A DNA stretch of 64,000 nucleotides, taken from assembly GCA_964252035.1 (NCBI GenBank), contig OZ176200.1. The stretch is one strand, 5' to 3'. Source of the stretch: Podarcis erhardii (taxonomy: Eukaryota). The position numbers and the translations under genes were made by a program. The notes beneath the pieces are model-generated. The model made no database searches. It saw only the letters and a program-made list of their open reading frames with translations, and had not been told where the DNA came from. Shown here in pieces: positions 63,978-64,000 of the stretch. Within the stretch, counting starts at the first letter, position 1, and every line of letters begins with the position of its first letter.

Positions 63978-64000
63978 TAAAATAAAAAAGAATACCCCAG

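Noticed and set aside
61029-64000. Further upstream PPP2R5C exons
   Set aside because: I searched for the expected IINGFALPLKEEHK exon and did not find it; presumably beyond the window.

Overview
Vertebrate genomic DNA, most likely a lacertid lizard (inferred from the Sauria-type SINEs and other squamate repeats). Two genes lie in tandem on the minus strand. First are the last seven coding exons and ~2.9-kb 3' UTR of PPP2R5C (PP2A B56-gamma; 61028 down to ~44520). After a ~7-kb intergenic gap come a CpG-island promoter and coding exons 1-45 of DYNC1H1 (ATG at 37208, running off the left end of the window). This order matches human chr14q32 as I recall it. Splice junctions were read by eye. 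The exons join in frame, and all DYNC1H1 exon lengths except exon 1 match the human lengths I recall. Introns carry SINEs, L2/CR1 fragments, Tc1/pogo and hAT MITEs, and Penelope-type palindromes. The best unexplained feature is a 167-bp sequence present twice (96% identical, no indels, no TSD or TIR) in DYNC1H1 introns 9 and 15, a candidate intronic ncRNA or duplicated enhancer. Also notable: a GC-AG intron, a hAT MITE nested in a SINE with both TSDs intact, a perfect 98-bp-arm palindrome with a 15-bp TSD, and ZNF143-type motifs shared by the promoter and nearby MITEs. I found no convincing novel protein-coding system.
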